Source: Gemmatimonadota bacterium (GTDB lineage Bacteria; Gemmatimonadota; Gemmatimonadetes; Gemmatimonadales; Gemmatimonadaceae). From it: a stretch of 64,000 bases of DNA. The DNA lies in contig JANMLN010000055.1 in NCBI GenBank assembly GCA_031372565.1, positions 1 through 64,000 on the forward strand, read 5' to 3'. Below are positions 33,523-48,760 of the stretch, in pieces (position 1 is the stretch's first letter; each line of letters opens with the position of its first letter). The position numbers and the translations under genes were made by a program. The notes under the pieces were generated by a model. The model saw only the letters and a list, made by a program, of their open reading frames with translations, made no database searches and had not been told where the DNA came from.

Positions 33523-34826
33523 AGATTGCCGTCGTCGGCACGGGGTACGTCGGCCTCGTTGTCGGCGCCTGCTTCGCGGAGACGGGGAACGAGGTGACCT
33601 GCGTCGATGTCGACGCAGGCAAGATCGCGCGGCTGCGTGAGAACGTGATTCCGATCTATGAGCCCGGCCTTGGCGAGCTGGTGGAGCGGAACCAGCGCGA
33701 GGGGCGGCTGTCGTTCACCACGGAGCTTGCCGAGGCGGTGCGAGGCAGCGATGCCGTCTTCATCGCGGTCGGCACGCCGCCCGACGAAGACGGCTCCGCC
33801 GACCTGCGCCACGTGCTGACGGTGGCGCGCGGCATCGGCCCGCATCTGGCGCCCGATGCCGTGGTGGTCACCAAGAGCACCGTGCCCGTTGGCACGAGCG
33901 AGCGCGTCAAGTCAGCGGTGGCGGAGACGGCGCGCGTGCCGTTTCACGTCTGTTCGAATCCCGAATTCCTGAAGGAAGGGGCCGCCGTGGAAGACTCGCT
34001 GCGGCCGGATCGGGTGGTGGTCGGCGCCGACAGCGCGCGCGCGCGCGAGGTGATGGGCGAGCTGTTCGCCCCATTCGTGCGCACCGGGAAGCCGGTGCTC
34101 TTCATGGACATCGCGTCGGCCGAACTGACCAAGTATGCCGCCAACGCCATGCTCGCGGCGCGCATCACGTTCATGAACGAGATCGCGAACCTCTGCGAGC
34201 GCGTGGGTGCGAACGTGGACTCGGTCCGTCGCGGGATCGGCTCCGATCCGCGCATCGGGTCCTCGTTCCTGTTCCCGGGGCCCGGGTACGGCGGCTCGTG
34301 CTTTCCGAAGGACGTGCAGGCGCTCGAACGGCTGGCGGCGTCGGTGGGGAGCCCGCTGCGGGTCGTGGCGGCGGTGCACGAGGCCAACGAGTACCAGAAG
34401 TCGCGGCTGTTCGAGCTCACGAGCCGAGCGCTCGGCGGATCGGTTGCCGGATGCCGGATCGCCGTGTGGGGACTGGCGTTCAAGCCGCAGACCGATGACA
34501 TGCGGGAGTCGCCGGCGCTGGCCCTGATCGAACAGCTGCTCTCGGCCGGGGCCACCGTCGTCGCGCATGATCCCGCCGCGATGCCGGAGGCCCGGCGGCG
34601 CCTGGGTGACCGGATTGCGTATGCCGACACCGCCTACGAGGCGCTCCCGGGCGCCGATGCGCTGGTGGTGGTGACCGACTGGAACGAGTACCGGCACCCG
34701 AATCACGAACGGATCAAGACCTCGCTCGCCCGGCCGATCGTCATCGACGGCCGCAACCTCTTCGACCCGGATCGCATGGCGAAGCTCAACTTCACGTACG
34801 TCTCGATCGGACGGCCGCGCGCATGA
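33519..34826 (+). CDS. ugd: UDP-glucose 6-dehydrogenase
   Basis: [23 protein letters not shown] and [10 protein letters not shown] motifs. Confidence 0.93.
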   Translation: MKIAVVGTGYVGLVVGACFAETGNEVTCVDVDAGKIARLRENVIPIYEPGLGELVERNQREGRLSFTTELAEAVRGSDAVFIAVGTPPDEDGSADLRHVLTVARGIGPHLAPDAVVVTKSTVPVGTSERVKSAVAETARVPFHVCSNPEFLKEGAAVEDSLRPDRVVVGADSARAREVMGELFAPFVRTGKPVLFMDIASAELTKYAANAMLAARITFMNEIANLCERVGANVDSVRRGIGSDPRIGSSFLFPGPGYGGSCFPKDVQALERLAASVGSPLRVVAAVHEANEYQKSRLFELTSRALGGSVAGCRIAVWGLAFKPQTDDMRESPALALIEQLLSAGATVVAHDPAAMPEARRRLGDRIAYADTAYEALPGADALVVVTDWNEYRHPNHERIKTSLARPIVIDGRNLFDPDRMAKLNFTYVSIGRPRA

Positions 34827-35764
34827 GAGTCCTCATCACGGGCGCCGCCGGCTTTCTCGCGTCGCACCTCACCGACCGGTTCCTGCGCGATGGTCATCAC
34901 GTCGTGGGGCTCGACAACTTCGTCACGGGCAGTCCGGACAACATCGCGCACCTCACGGGCAATCCGTCGTTCGAGTTCCTGCTCCACAACATCTCGAATT
35001 TCACGTATGTGGCCGGACCGCTGGACGGCGTGCTGCATTTCGCGTCGCCCGCCTCGCCCATCGATTACCTCGAGCACCCGATCCCGACGCTCAAGGTGGG
35101 CGCGCTCGGCACCCACAACGCGCTGGGGATCGCCAAGGCCAAGGGGGCGCGCTTCTTTCTGGCCTCGACCAGCGAGGTCTACGGCGACCCGCTCGTGCAC
35201 CCGCAGCCGGAATCTTATTGGGGCAACGTGAACCCGATCGGCCCCCGTGGGGTGTATGACGAGGCCAAGCGCTTCGCCGAAGCGATGACCATGGCCTATC
35301 ACCGCTTTCACGGACTCGATACCCGCATCGTGCGCATTTTCAACACCTACGGGCCGCGCATGCGGCCACTCGACGGTCGCGTGGTCTCGAATTTCATCGT
35401 GCAAGCGCTCAAGGGCGAGCCGATCACGATCTACGGCGACGGGAGCCAGACGCGGTCGTTCACCTACGTCGATGACGAGGTGGAGGGGATCTATCAGCTC
35501 TTCCTGCGCGGTGACGCACAGCCGATGAACATCGGAAACCCCGTCGAGTTCACCGTTCGCGAGCTGGCCGAGTTGGTGCTTGAGGCGACGGGATCGGCCA
35601 GCCCGATCGTCCAGCGCCCGCTGCCTGAGGACGACCCGAAGGTCCGCCAGCCGGACATCACCCGTGCGCGCGCCGTGCTCGGATGGGAGCCGAAGGTGCC
35701 GCTGCGCGAGGGCGTGGCGCAGACGATCACCTACTTTCGCCGCATCATCGCGGCTGGCGCATGA
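34823..35764 (+). CDS. UDP-glucuronate decarboxylase (UDP-xylose synthase)
   Basis: [43 protein letters not shown] and DGRVVSNF motifs. Confidence 0.92.
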   Translation: MRVLITGAAGFLASHLTDRFLRDGHHVVGLDNFVTGSPDNIAHLTGNPSFEFLLHNISNFTYVAGPLDGVLHFASPASPIDYLEHPIPTLKVGALGTHNALGIAKAKGARFFLASTSEVYGDPLVHPQPESYWGNVNPIGPRGVYDEAKRFAEAMTMAYHRFHGLDTRIVRIFNTYGPRMRPLDGRVVSNFIVQALKGEPITIYGDGSQTRSFTYVDDEVEGIYQLFLRGDAQPMNIGNPVEFTVRELAELVLEATGSASPIVQRPLPEDDPKVRQPDITRARAVLGWEPKVPLREGVAQTITYFRRIIAAGA

Positions 35765-36513
35765 CGGGCGCTCGGGTGCGCATGGTGGCGCTCGCGGCCT
35801 CCGTCCTGATGCTCGGTGCGTGCAAGACCTTTGACCCGAAGGTCTACAAGACGAGCGAGTCCCTCTTTGCCGTCTCGCTCGATCTACTCAAGAAGGGCAA
35901 CCTCGAGAACGCGGCCAAGGGCTTCGAGAAGCTGACGCTCGACTTGCCGGCACGCGATCCGCTGCTGCCTGTGGCGTACTGGTACCTGGCCATGACGTAC
36001 GAGCAACGGCAGGAGCACCTGTTTGCGGCGCAGAACTTCCAGCGGCTGGCCGAGACGTTCCCGGATGACTCGCTGGCCGACGATGCGCTCTTCGCGGCGG
36101 GCAAGTCGTACGCCGCGATGTGGCGCACGCCGGAGCTGGATCCCCAGTACGCGCTCCTCGCGCAGGGGACCTGGCGAGGGCTGCTCATCAACTATCCGGA
36201 AACCGCGCTCCGCGAGACCGTCACCAAGGCGATCGCGGACATGGAAGACAAGATTGCGAGCAAGGATTACGAGACCGGGCAGCACTACCTGCGGCGCAAG
36301 GCCTACGACTCGGCGATCATCTACTTCAAGGACGTCATGAAGACGTACCCCAGCACCCCGCACGCGCGCTTGGCGGGACTTCGGCTGCTGGGGGCCTACC
36401 AGGCCATCAAGTACGGCGAAGAGGCCAAGGAGCTGTGCGAGTCGTTGACCAAGGCGCACCCGAAGGATGCGGAGATCAAGACCGCCTGCGCGCCGCAGGC
36501 GGTGCAGCGCTGA
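35761..36513 (+). CDS. bamD: Outer membrane protein assembly lipoprotein BamD (TPR)
   Basis: Lipobox LGAC, TPR helices, conserved Y.RRKAY.SA..YF segment. Confidence 0.82.
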   Translation: MTGARVRMVALAASVLMLGACKTFDPKVYKTSESLFAVSLDLLKKGNLENAAKGFEKLTLDLPARDPLLPVAYWYLAMTYEQRQEHLFAAQNFQRLAETFPDDSLADDALFAAGKSYAAMWRTPELDPQYALLAQGTWRGLLINYPETALRETVTKAIADMEDKIASKDYETGQHYLRRKAYDSAIIYFKDVMKTYPSTPHARLAGLRLLGAYQAIKYGEEAKELCESLTKAHPKDAEIKTACAPQAVQR

Positions 36514-36516
36514 ACG

Positions 36517-37095
36517 ATGCGCGTCGGCGTGTTCGGGGGGACGTTCGACCCGCCACACGTCGGCCACCTGCTGGTGGCGCGTGACGCGGCAGAACAGCTG
36601 GCGCTCGACCGGCTGCTCTGGATCCCGGCCGGCACCCAGCCGTTCAAGGCATCCGCGAACGCCTCGGACGGCGCCCACAGGCTGGCGATGACCCGGCTCG
36701 TGACCGAGCCGGTGCCCGGGTTCGGCGTCGACGCCCTCGAAATCGAGCGTGGGGGGTTATCTTTCACGGTTGACACGCTTCGCACTCTGACGGCACGGGA
36801 CCCGGGCACGGATTGGGTCGTGTGCGTCGGCGCGGACGCCTTTCTGCGCTTTGCGGAATGGCGGGAGCCTGCGGCGATCGCTGATCTGGCCACGGTGGCC
36901 GTGTTGGCGCGCGAGGGGGCGAGGGCAGAACCGGCGGCTCTTGCCGCGGTATCGGGAGCCAGGGCGGTTCCGGTGCGGCGGGTGGACGTGTCGAGTACGG
37001 AGATCCGCGCGCGCGTGCGCGCCGGGCGCTCCATCAACGGATTCGTCACGGAGCCCGTGGCGGCGTACATCGCCGAGCACGGGCTGTACCGATAG
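36517..37095 (+). CDS. nadD: Nicotinate-nucleotide adenylyltransferase
   Basis: GGTFDPPHVGH, TVDTL, GAD and VSSTEIR motifs. Confidence 0.95.
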   Translation: MRVGVFGGTFDPPHVGHLLVARDAAEQLALDRLLWIPAGTQPFKASANASDGAHRLAMTRLVTEPVPGFGVDALEIERGGLSFTVDTLRTLTARDPGTDWVVCVGADAFLRFAEWREPAAIADLATVAVLAREGARAEPAALAAVSGARAVPVRRVDVSSTEIRARVRAGRSINGFVTEPVAAYIAEHGLYR

Positions 37096-37103
37096 GGGAC
37101 GGG

Positions 37104-40388
<3,285 letters not shown>

Positions 40389-40487
40389 CGGCCGCACCAC
40401 AGGCACCCCGGAAGGACCGCGCGCCTCGGGAACGGATCCCGGGGCGCGCTGTATATTCGGGAGAGAGTTCGCCACCGGAGGGGCACG

Positions 40488-41789
40488 ATGCGCTGTGTCT
40501 TGTCGATCGCCGCGGCCACCAAGATCACGCTGCCACTGGCTGCGCAGGGTGCGTTGATGGCGCGCTTTTCGGAGGGGCAGTTCCGCGTACCGACGTTCGT
40601 TGTCAGTCAGGCGGCCTACGTGGGTGTGTTCGAGGTGCTCGACGGCGGCCGTATCGCGCAGCGCTATCCGCGCGTGGAGGCGCAGAACCGGTTCGCACTG
40701 CCGGCTGGGGAGACGGAGCTTGCCGATCTCGACGTGAACATCGGCGTGATCGCGGATGAGCCTGGCACGCGCACGGTGTTCTGGCGCGGTGGCCGTTTTG
40801 GTGCTCCGTCCATTGCCGCACGTTCTGCGCCAATCGCACGCACGCTCATTCTCGTGGCCAGCACCGCGCCATTGCGCGTGGTACCGTCGTCCGAGTTTCC
40901 GGCGCTCGCGCGCGCCGCGCTCGCGGGCCTCGACAGCACGATGGGGCGTGATGCGCGAGCGCTGGCGGCGGTCCTGGCCACCGTGCGGCCGGTCGGCGAG
41001 GCCGAGGTGGCCACCGACATGCGCACGCTATGGGCGCAGCAGGTGCAGGAGATTCGCGGCATGGCACGTTCGATCGCCGCGGGCGATCCGCTGCCGAGCG
41101 GAGGCGGTGGTGACGCCGCCGGGTTGTGCGGAGCGTATGGCACGGGGGTGCTCACGACGTACGCGAGCGAGTATGCGTGCGGACGGCAGGCGGTCTGGAT
41201 GGGGGGCGGCTGGGCGTATGACATCGGCGCGGGCTTTGTACCCGTGCTCCCGGTGTTCTGGGGAGTTCCGCCTCAAGCGCCGCCCGCCCCGACGCGATAC
41301 TCAGGCCCCGTCGGCGTGCTGCCAGGGCAGCGCGTCCCAACGGCCGGTCCGCAGGGGGGCGGCGCCGGGCGAACTCCGGAACCGCCGCTGACGCAGTTCC
41401 CCGCCTGGCAGGCGCGCGGATGGAGCGGCATGATCGCGGGCTCGGCGCCCGAGCCTGCATCGGCGCCGGGTACCGCGGGCTCGACGTTGGGCGGCGGTGG
41501 GGGCGGCGGTGGGGGCGGCGGTGGGGGCGGCGGACGGGGTGACGGAGGAGGGGCGGGATCGGCTGCCTCATCCCACACCTATGGCGTGCCCATTCTGGTG
41601 TCACCCGCGGGCGGCCCGACCCCGCCGCGCGGTCCGTCGGTCGCTGGACCTGCACGGATGGCCGTACCTGCACCGATCTTGGTCGGCGCGATCGGACCCG
41701 CCGGCACGCAGAGTCGCGGACCCGCGCCGGCCGTCAGCGCGTCGCAGCCGGGACCTCGCACGGCGGCAACTCCCGTCCGGCGACAGTAA
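40488..41789 (+). CDS. Hypothetical exported protein with a DUF4384-like domain and Gly/Pro-rich tail
   Basis: GGAGG RBS; AYVGVFEV..GG.I.Q.YP and LILVAS..PL motifs; low-complexity C-terminus. Confidence 0.6.
   Translation: MRCVLSIAAATKITLPLAAQGALMARFSEGQFRVPTFVVSQAAYVGVFEVLDGGRIAQRYPRVEAQNRFALPAGETELADLDVNIGVIADEPGTRTVFWRGGRFGAPSIAARSAPIARTLILVASTAPLRVVPSSEFPALARAALAGLDSTMGRDARALAAVLATVRPVGEAEVATDMRTLWAQQVQEIRGMARSIAAGDPLPSGGGGDAAGLCGAYGTGVLTTYASEYACGRQAVWMGGGWAYDIGAGFVPVLPVFWGVPPQAPPAPTRYSGPVGVLPGQRVPTAGPQGGGAGRTPEPPLTQFPAWQARGWSGMIAGSAPEPASAPGTAGSTLGGGGGGGGGGGGGGGRGDGGGAGSAASSHTYGVPILVSPAGGPTPPRGPSVAGPARMAVPAPILVGAIGPAGTQSRGPAPAVSASQPGPRTAATPVRRQ
41490..41533 (+). repeat. 12-bp tandem repeat (GGCGGCGGTGGG)x3 plus a partial unit, encoding poly-Gly
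   Basis: Three exact units at 41490-41525, within a run of 15 Gly codons. Confidence 0.9.
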
Positions 41790-41808
41790 CCTCGACTTCT
41801 CACGAGCC

Positions 41809-42411
41809 ATGCGCATGCTTCGATGGTCCCTTGCAGCAGCCGGCGCCCTGTTGTTGACCCTCTCGCCGCTGCACGCGGCCGGGCAGACGTCGACGCCAGG
41901 ATTGCCCGGTGCCGATGGCGCGTCCGACTCGCTGGCACTGACCGTGAAGATCGTGCGAGTGCCAGGTGACGAACCGGCGTTCGAACTGAGTCGGCTCGCC
42001 TATGTCGCGGTCTTCGAGGTACGCCCGGGTGATGGCGTGTCGCAGCTCTTTCCCGACAACACCGACGGCGCACGCACCACGTCGCCCAAGGGCCGCACGT
42101 ACCTGCAGGCGGGGCGCGTGGGGTACAATCGGCAAGCGAGCCGGTCGCAGACCAACTACGCGCCGACCTCGAACTTCGGCACGGATCAGCTCCGCACGTC
42201 GCGCACGATCCTGATCGTGGCCTCTGACCGTCCGCTCCGCGTGAGTGGTCCCAACGCGACCGCGCAGATGTTGCGACGCATCGAGCGGTTGCGGACGCTC
42301 CGGAGCGGGCGCGTGCTGATCGATGATCTGTTGGCCATCATCGCGGCGGTGAGGCCGGAGGACAGCACGGCGGAGGTTGCGACGGATTCGATGGAGTTGC
42401 CGCCGGGCTAG
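41809..42411 (+). CDS. Hypothetical exported protein, DUF4384-like, paralogue of the upstream gene
   Basis: Signal peptide; AYVAVFEVRPGDGVSQLFP and ILIVASDRPL motifs. Confidence 0.68.
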   Translation: MRMLRWSLAAAGALLLTLSPLHAAGQTSTPGLPGADGASDSLALTVKIVRVPGDEPAFELSRLAYVAVFEVRPGDGVSQLFPDNTDGARTTSPKGRTYLQAGRVGYNRQASRSQTNYAPTSNFGTDQLRTSRTILIVASDRPLRVSGPNATAQMLRRIERLRTLRSGRVLIDDLLAIIAAVRPEDSTAEVATDSMELPPG

Positions 42412-42530
42412 CCGCGCGAGACGCGACGCCCGCCGTGCGATCTGCGAAAGGGCCCGGTCGGCAAGAAGAAGATGACGCGAATGCCGTGCGTGCCGGCGAC
42501 TTTGCGGGGTCTCCTCACCCCCAATCTCGC

Positions 42531-43241
42531 ATGCCAGCCCCTAGCCTCCCGACGGTCAATTCGTTACGCATACAGGAGTTGCCCGAACGGGACCGACCGC
42601 GTGAGCGTTTGCGCCGGCTGGGCCCGGAAGCGCTGTCCTCGCCGGAACTGTTGGCACTGCTCCTTGGTACGGGTGCCGGCGGTCGCTCGTCGCTGATGGT
42701 CGCACACGAAGTGCTGTCCAACGCCGACGGGTCGTGGCGTCGGCTAGCGTCGCAGTCGGTCGGCCAGTTGGCGCAGGTGCGGGGCGTGGGCATGGCTCGA
42801 GCGACGGCGATCGTCGCAGCGCTCGAGTTGGGCCGACGGCTCGCGACGGAAGGGCGGGACATGGGGGTGCCACTCCGGGCGCCTTCGGATGTGGTCGCGG
42901 CCTACGCGCCGCGGCTCGAGGACTTGGCGGTCGAGGAGTTTCATGTGGCGGTGCTGGACGTGCATCATCGGTTGGAACGCGACATCCTCGTCACACGGGG
43001 ACTGTTGAACACGTCGCTCGTGCATCCACGCGAGGTGTTCCGCGCCGCCGTGGCCGAACGCGCCGCTGGCGTGGTGCTCGTGCACAACCACCCCTCGGGG
43101 GATCCGTCACCGTCGCCGGAGGACAAGCTGGTCACGGCGCAGATGGCGGGCGCCGGAGCACTCCTCGGCATCCCCGTGCTCGATCACATCATCATCGGTC
43201 GCGGGCGGTATTCCAGCTTCCGCGAGGCGGGACTGCTGTGA
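42531..43241 (+). CDS. radC: RadC (JAB/MPN domain) protein
   Basis: DRPRERL, ELLALLL, VHPREVF, HNHPSGDPSPS.ED and LDHIII motifs. Confidence 0.95.
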   Translation: MPAPSLPTVNSLRIQELPERDRPRERLRRLGPEALSSPELLALLLGTGAGGRSSLMVAHEVLSNADGSWRRLASQSVGQLAQVRGVGMARATAIVAALELGRRLATEGRDMGVPLRAPSDVVAAYAPRLEDLAVEEFHVAVLDVHHRLERDILVTRGLLNTSLVHPREVFRAAVAERAAGVVLVHNHPSGDPSPSPEDKLVTAQMAGAGALLGIPVLDHIIIGRGRYSSFREAGLL

Positions 43242-45415
43242 CGAGCACCGCGCTGCGTGACGTGATCCCCGGGTGGGAACTCCCCGAGGGCGTGGGGGAG
43301 CGGCTCGATCAGGAACTGCTCGCCCGCGCCTACCAGTTCTCCGAGCGGGCGCACACCGGGCAGGTGCGTCGCTCGGGCGAGCCGTATGTGACGCACTGCA
43401 TCGAAGTGGCCAAGATCCTGGCCGAGTTGCAGCTCGACACCGTGACGGTCGCGAGCGGGCTGATGCACGATGTGGTCGAGGATACCGACATCAGCGTCGA
43501 GGACATCGAAGCGGAGTTCGGCAAGGAGGTGGCGGCGATCGTGGATGGCGTCACCAAGATCGGCGGGCTCACCCTCACCTCGGCGCAGGAGCGCCAGGTC
43601 GAGAATTACCGCAAGCTGCTGCTGTCGATCGCGAAGGACGCGCGCGTCATCCTGATCAAGCTCGCCGACCGGCTGCACAACATGCGGACGCTCGAGTGGA
43701 TGCCGCCCGAGAAGCGCCGGCAGATTGCGCAGGAGACGCGCGACCTGTACGCACCGCTGGCGCATCGCTTCGGCATGGCCAAGATGCGCTGGGAGCTCGA
43801 GGATCTCGCCTTCAAGCATATCGAGGCGGAGGAGTACAAGGCACTGGCCAAGCTGGTGCAGCAGCGGCGCACGGAGCGAGAGGCGTTGATCGCGCAGCTG
43901 GTGGGGCCCCTGCAGGACGAGATCCGCAAGGCACGGATCACCGTGCACGACGTCTCGGGACGCCCCAAGCATCTGTGGTCGATTCACAAGAAGATGATGC
44001 AGCGGGAGAAGCCGTACGACGAGATCTACGACCTGCTCGCCGTGCGCGTCCTCGTGGACACGGTGCCGGAGTGCTATCACGCGCTGGGTGTCATCCATGA
44101 CGGGTGGACCCCGGTGCAGGAGCGCATCAAGGATTACATCGCGCAGCCGAAGTCGAACGGCTACCAGTCGTTGCACACGACCATCTTCGGGCCGGGCCGG
44201 CAGCTGTTCGAGATCCAGATCCGCACGCTCGACATGCACCGCACCGCCGAGCTCGGCATCGCCGCCCACTGGCGGTACAAGACGTCGGAAACGCAGGCCT
44301 CGGATGAGCTGGACCGCGCGCTCCACTGGTTCCGTCAGGTGCTGGAACTCCAGCTCGATGCCAAGACGCCGGACGAGTTTCTGGAGTTCCTGAAGCTCGA
44401 CCTGTACCAGGACGAGATCTTCGTCTTCACGCCCACGGGTGACGTCATCCAGCTGCCGCGCGGCGCCACGCCGATCGACTTCGCCTACGCCGTGCACACC
44501 GAGGTGGGGCAGCGGTGCATGGGAGCGAAGGTCAACGGCAAGATCGTCCCGCTGTCGCGCGAGCTCAAGAACTCCGAGACGATCGAGATTCTGACCTCCG
44601 CGCTGGCGAAGCCGAGCCGCGACTGGCTGGCGCACGTGCACACGGGCCGGGCCCGTCACAAGATCCGGCAGTGGCTCCGGCACGAGGAACACCAGACATC
44701 GGCCAAGCTCGGGCGGGAGATTCTGGATCGCGAAATTCGTCGGCGTCGGCTGGGGCGCGTCGACGATGCCGACCTGTTGCGCGCGGCCAAGGCGCTTGGC
44801 CTGAAGGACATCACGCACCTGTTCGCGTCGCTGGGGCAGGGGGACGTGAGTGCGACGGCCGCGCTCAACACGATCTTCCCGCACATCGAGGAGCTGCCGG
44901 CGCAGCCGCCGCGGCCGAGCGTGATCGAGCGGCTCGTCGATCGGATGCGTGGCGGCGGGAAGGGGATCAAGATTCAGGGCGTTGACGGCTTGATGGTGCG
45001 CTACGCCCAGTGTTGCCAGCCGGTGCCGGGCGACCATGTGGTCGGGTACGTGACGCGAGGGCGCGGCGTCAGCATCCATCGCGAGGATTGTCCCAACCTG
45101 CTCGTGCTCGGGCACGAGCCGGAACGGCGGGTGGATATCGATTGGCAGGTGGCGGAGGGCGAACGATTCGTCGTGCGTCTGGCGCTCGACGGTACCGACC
45201 GGCGCGGTCTGTACGCGGATGTGGCCACGGCGGTCACGAGCACCGGAACCGACATCAAGGCAATGGAACTCAAGGCGAGTGAGGGACGCGCGATCGGCGC
45301 GGTGGTGGTTGACGTCGAGAACCTGGCGCATCTGGAGCGCATCATGAAGGCGATGCGCCGGGTGAAGGGGGTGGCGACCGTGGCCCGCCGCGAGCGGCTG
45401 GCAGGGGAAGAGTGA
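43238..45415 (+). CDS. rel: Bifunctional (p)ppGpp synthetase/hydrolase (Rel/SpoT)
   Basis: Intact HD motif (MHDVVED), KLADRLHNMRT, RIKDYI, YQSLHT, TGS, CC and ACT domains. Confidence 0.95.
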   Translation: MTSTALRDVIPGWELPEGVGERLDQELLARAYQFSERAHTGQVRRSGEPYVTHCIEVAKILAELQLDTVTVASGLMHDVVEDTDISVEDIEAEFGKEVAAIVDGVTKIGGLTLTSAQERQVENYRKLLLSIAKDARVILIKLADRLHNMRTLEWMPPEKRRQIAQETRDLYAPLAHRFGMAKMRWELEDLAFKHIEAEEYKALAKLVQQRRTEREALIAQLVGPLQDEIRKARITVHDVSGRPKHLWSIHKKMMQREKPYDEIYDLLAVRVLVDTVPECYHALGVIHDGWTPVQERIKDYIAQPKSNGYQSLHTTIFGPGRQLFEIQIRTLDMHRTAELGIAAHWRYKTSETQASDELDRALHWFRQVLELQLDAKTPDEFLEFLKLDLYQDEIFVFTPTGDVIQLPRGATPIDFAYAVHTEVGQRCMGAKVNGKIVPLSRELKNSETIEILTSALAKPSRDWLAHVHTGRARHKIRQWLRHEEHQTSAKLGREILDREIRRRRLGRVDDADLLRAAKALGLKDITHLFASLGQGDVSATAALNTIFPHIEELPAQPPRPSVIERLVDRMRGGGKGIKIQGVDGLMVRYAQCCQPVPGDHVVGYVTRGRGVSIHREDCPNLLVLGHEPERRVDIDWQVAEGERFVVRLALDGTDRRGLYADVATAVTSTGTDIKAMELKASEGRAIGAVVVDVENLAHLERIMKAMRRVKGVATVARRERLAGEE

Positions 45416-46203
45416 TGCGCGCGCGTGGAGCGCTGGTCGCGCTGGGGCTGCTGGCGATGCTCGCGCGCGGTGCCGGGGCGCAACGGATTGGGGGGCCGGT
45501 CGGGAGCGGCATCCGGCGCGATACCGTGGCACCGACGAGCCAGCTGCGCGTGGATCAGATGGCCATTCTCGCTGGCAGCGTCACCGACAGCTCCGGACGT
45601 CCGGTCCCGTTCGCCACGATCGTCGCCGACAGCGGACAGACGACGTTGGCGCAGCAGGATGGCAGCTTCCGGCTGACCAGATTGCGTCCCGGGCAGAATG
45701 GCTTCCTGATCCGGCGGATCGGGTACCTGCCGCTGGCATTCGAAATGGAGATGCCGGTGGGGAGCACGGTCACGGTGCATCTGCGGCTGTTGCCCGCGAC
45801 GCAGGAACTGCGGCCGGTCACGATCGACGGCAAGCGCGTCTCGCCCGGGCTCGCGCGCACCGGTTTCTACGATCGGCAGCGGCAAGGGCTCAGCGGGATC
45901 TTCTTCGATCCCGAGGACATCTCGAAGCGCGCACTCGTGGCCACCACCGATCTGCTGCGCGGCCTGCCGAACGTGACCGTCTCGAAGGTGGGTTCGAACA
46001 CGTTCGTGTACGGCCGCATGCAACGCTGCATGGATGTCTGGATCGACGGGACCCCGGTGGGGCGCGATTTCGACCTGTCGCGCAACATGCCGCCGGAATG
46101 GGTGAAGGCGATGGAGGTGTACACGTCCCCGTCGCAGACGCCGCCGCAGTTTTCACGGCAGACCGGGTGCGGTGCGGTGGTAGTGTGGACGCGCGTGGAT
46201 TGA
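45412..46203 (+). CDS. Exported protein with carboxypeptidase-regulatory-like and plug-like domains, no beta-barrel
   Basis: Signal peptide, G.VTD..G.PV, RRIGY, GFYDR, C..WIDG, AMEVY and CGAVVVWT motifs. Confidence 0.78.
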   Translation: MMRARGALVALGLLAMLARGAGAQRIGGPVGSGIRRDTVAPTSQLRVDQMAILAGSVTDSSGRPVPFATIVADSGQTTLAQQDGSFRLTRLRPGQNGFLIRRIGYLPLAFEMEMPVGSTVTVHLRLLPATQELRPVTIDGKRVSPGLARTGFYDRQRQGLSGIFFDPEDISKRALVATTDLLRGLPNVTVSKVGSNTFVYGRMQRCMDVWIDGTPVGRDFDLSRNMPPEWVKAMEVYTSPSQTPPQFSRQTGCGAVVVWTRVD

Positions 46204-46249
46204 CCGTCGGTCGGTCACGAGTGGTCCATGTGTAACGATACCGAACAAA

Positions 46250-46271
46250 ACCCGTAAGCGGGTGTTATATT
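46250..46271 (+). promoter_or_regulatory. Putative extended -10 promoter of uvrB with an adjacent palindrome
   Basis: TGtTATATT (46263-46271) 7 nt before ATG 46279; ACCCG-TAAG-CGGGT at 46250-46263. Confidence 0.5.
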
Positions 46272-46278
46272 GACGCTC

Positions 46279-48307
<2,029 letters not shown>

Positions 48308-48321
<14 letters not shown>

Positions 48322-48760
48322 CGTGCGCGAGTCCGCGTCCGTTGACGCGCGTGTGCTCACGCGCGATGCCCTCGTGGCGTACGGCGAGGCGCTCGGGCGC
48401 GCCGTGCGGGCGCCGGTGGTGTTCGCGCTGTCGGGCGACCTGGGAGCCGGCAAGACGACGCTCGCGCAGGCGATCTGCCGCGGGTACGGGGTCGCGGAGC
48501 CCGTCACGAGTCCCACCTTTTCGCTCGTGCATGAGTATGTGGGAGCACGTGGGCCGGTGCTCCACCTCGACCTCTACCGGCTCGACGGGGCGCAGGCGCT
48601 CGACTCGATCGGGCTCGACGAGCTGCTGGCGCGCGACGCGGTGGTGATCGTGGAGTGGCCCGAGCGCGGCGCGGACCGGCTCCCGCCGTCGGCGCGCTGG
48701 CTTCACCTCGCCGTGGCCGTCGATCCGGCGATGCGCGTCGTGCGCGAGGGGGCGGCATGA
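48308..48760 (+). CDS. tsaE: tRNA threonylcarbamoyladenosine biosynthesis ATPase
   Basis: [22 protein letters not shown] and VEWPE motifs. Confidence 0.95.

Noticed and set aside
42531..43241. radC as a mobile-element or anti-defence marker
   Set aside because: Full-length chromosomal type coupled to rel, with no mobile-element context.
46201..46217. Hairpin TGACCG-tcggt-CGGTCA as a terminator
   Set aside because: Only a 6-bp stem overlapping the stop codon and no U-tract; too weak to call.
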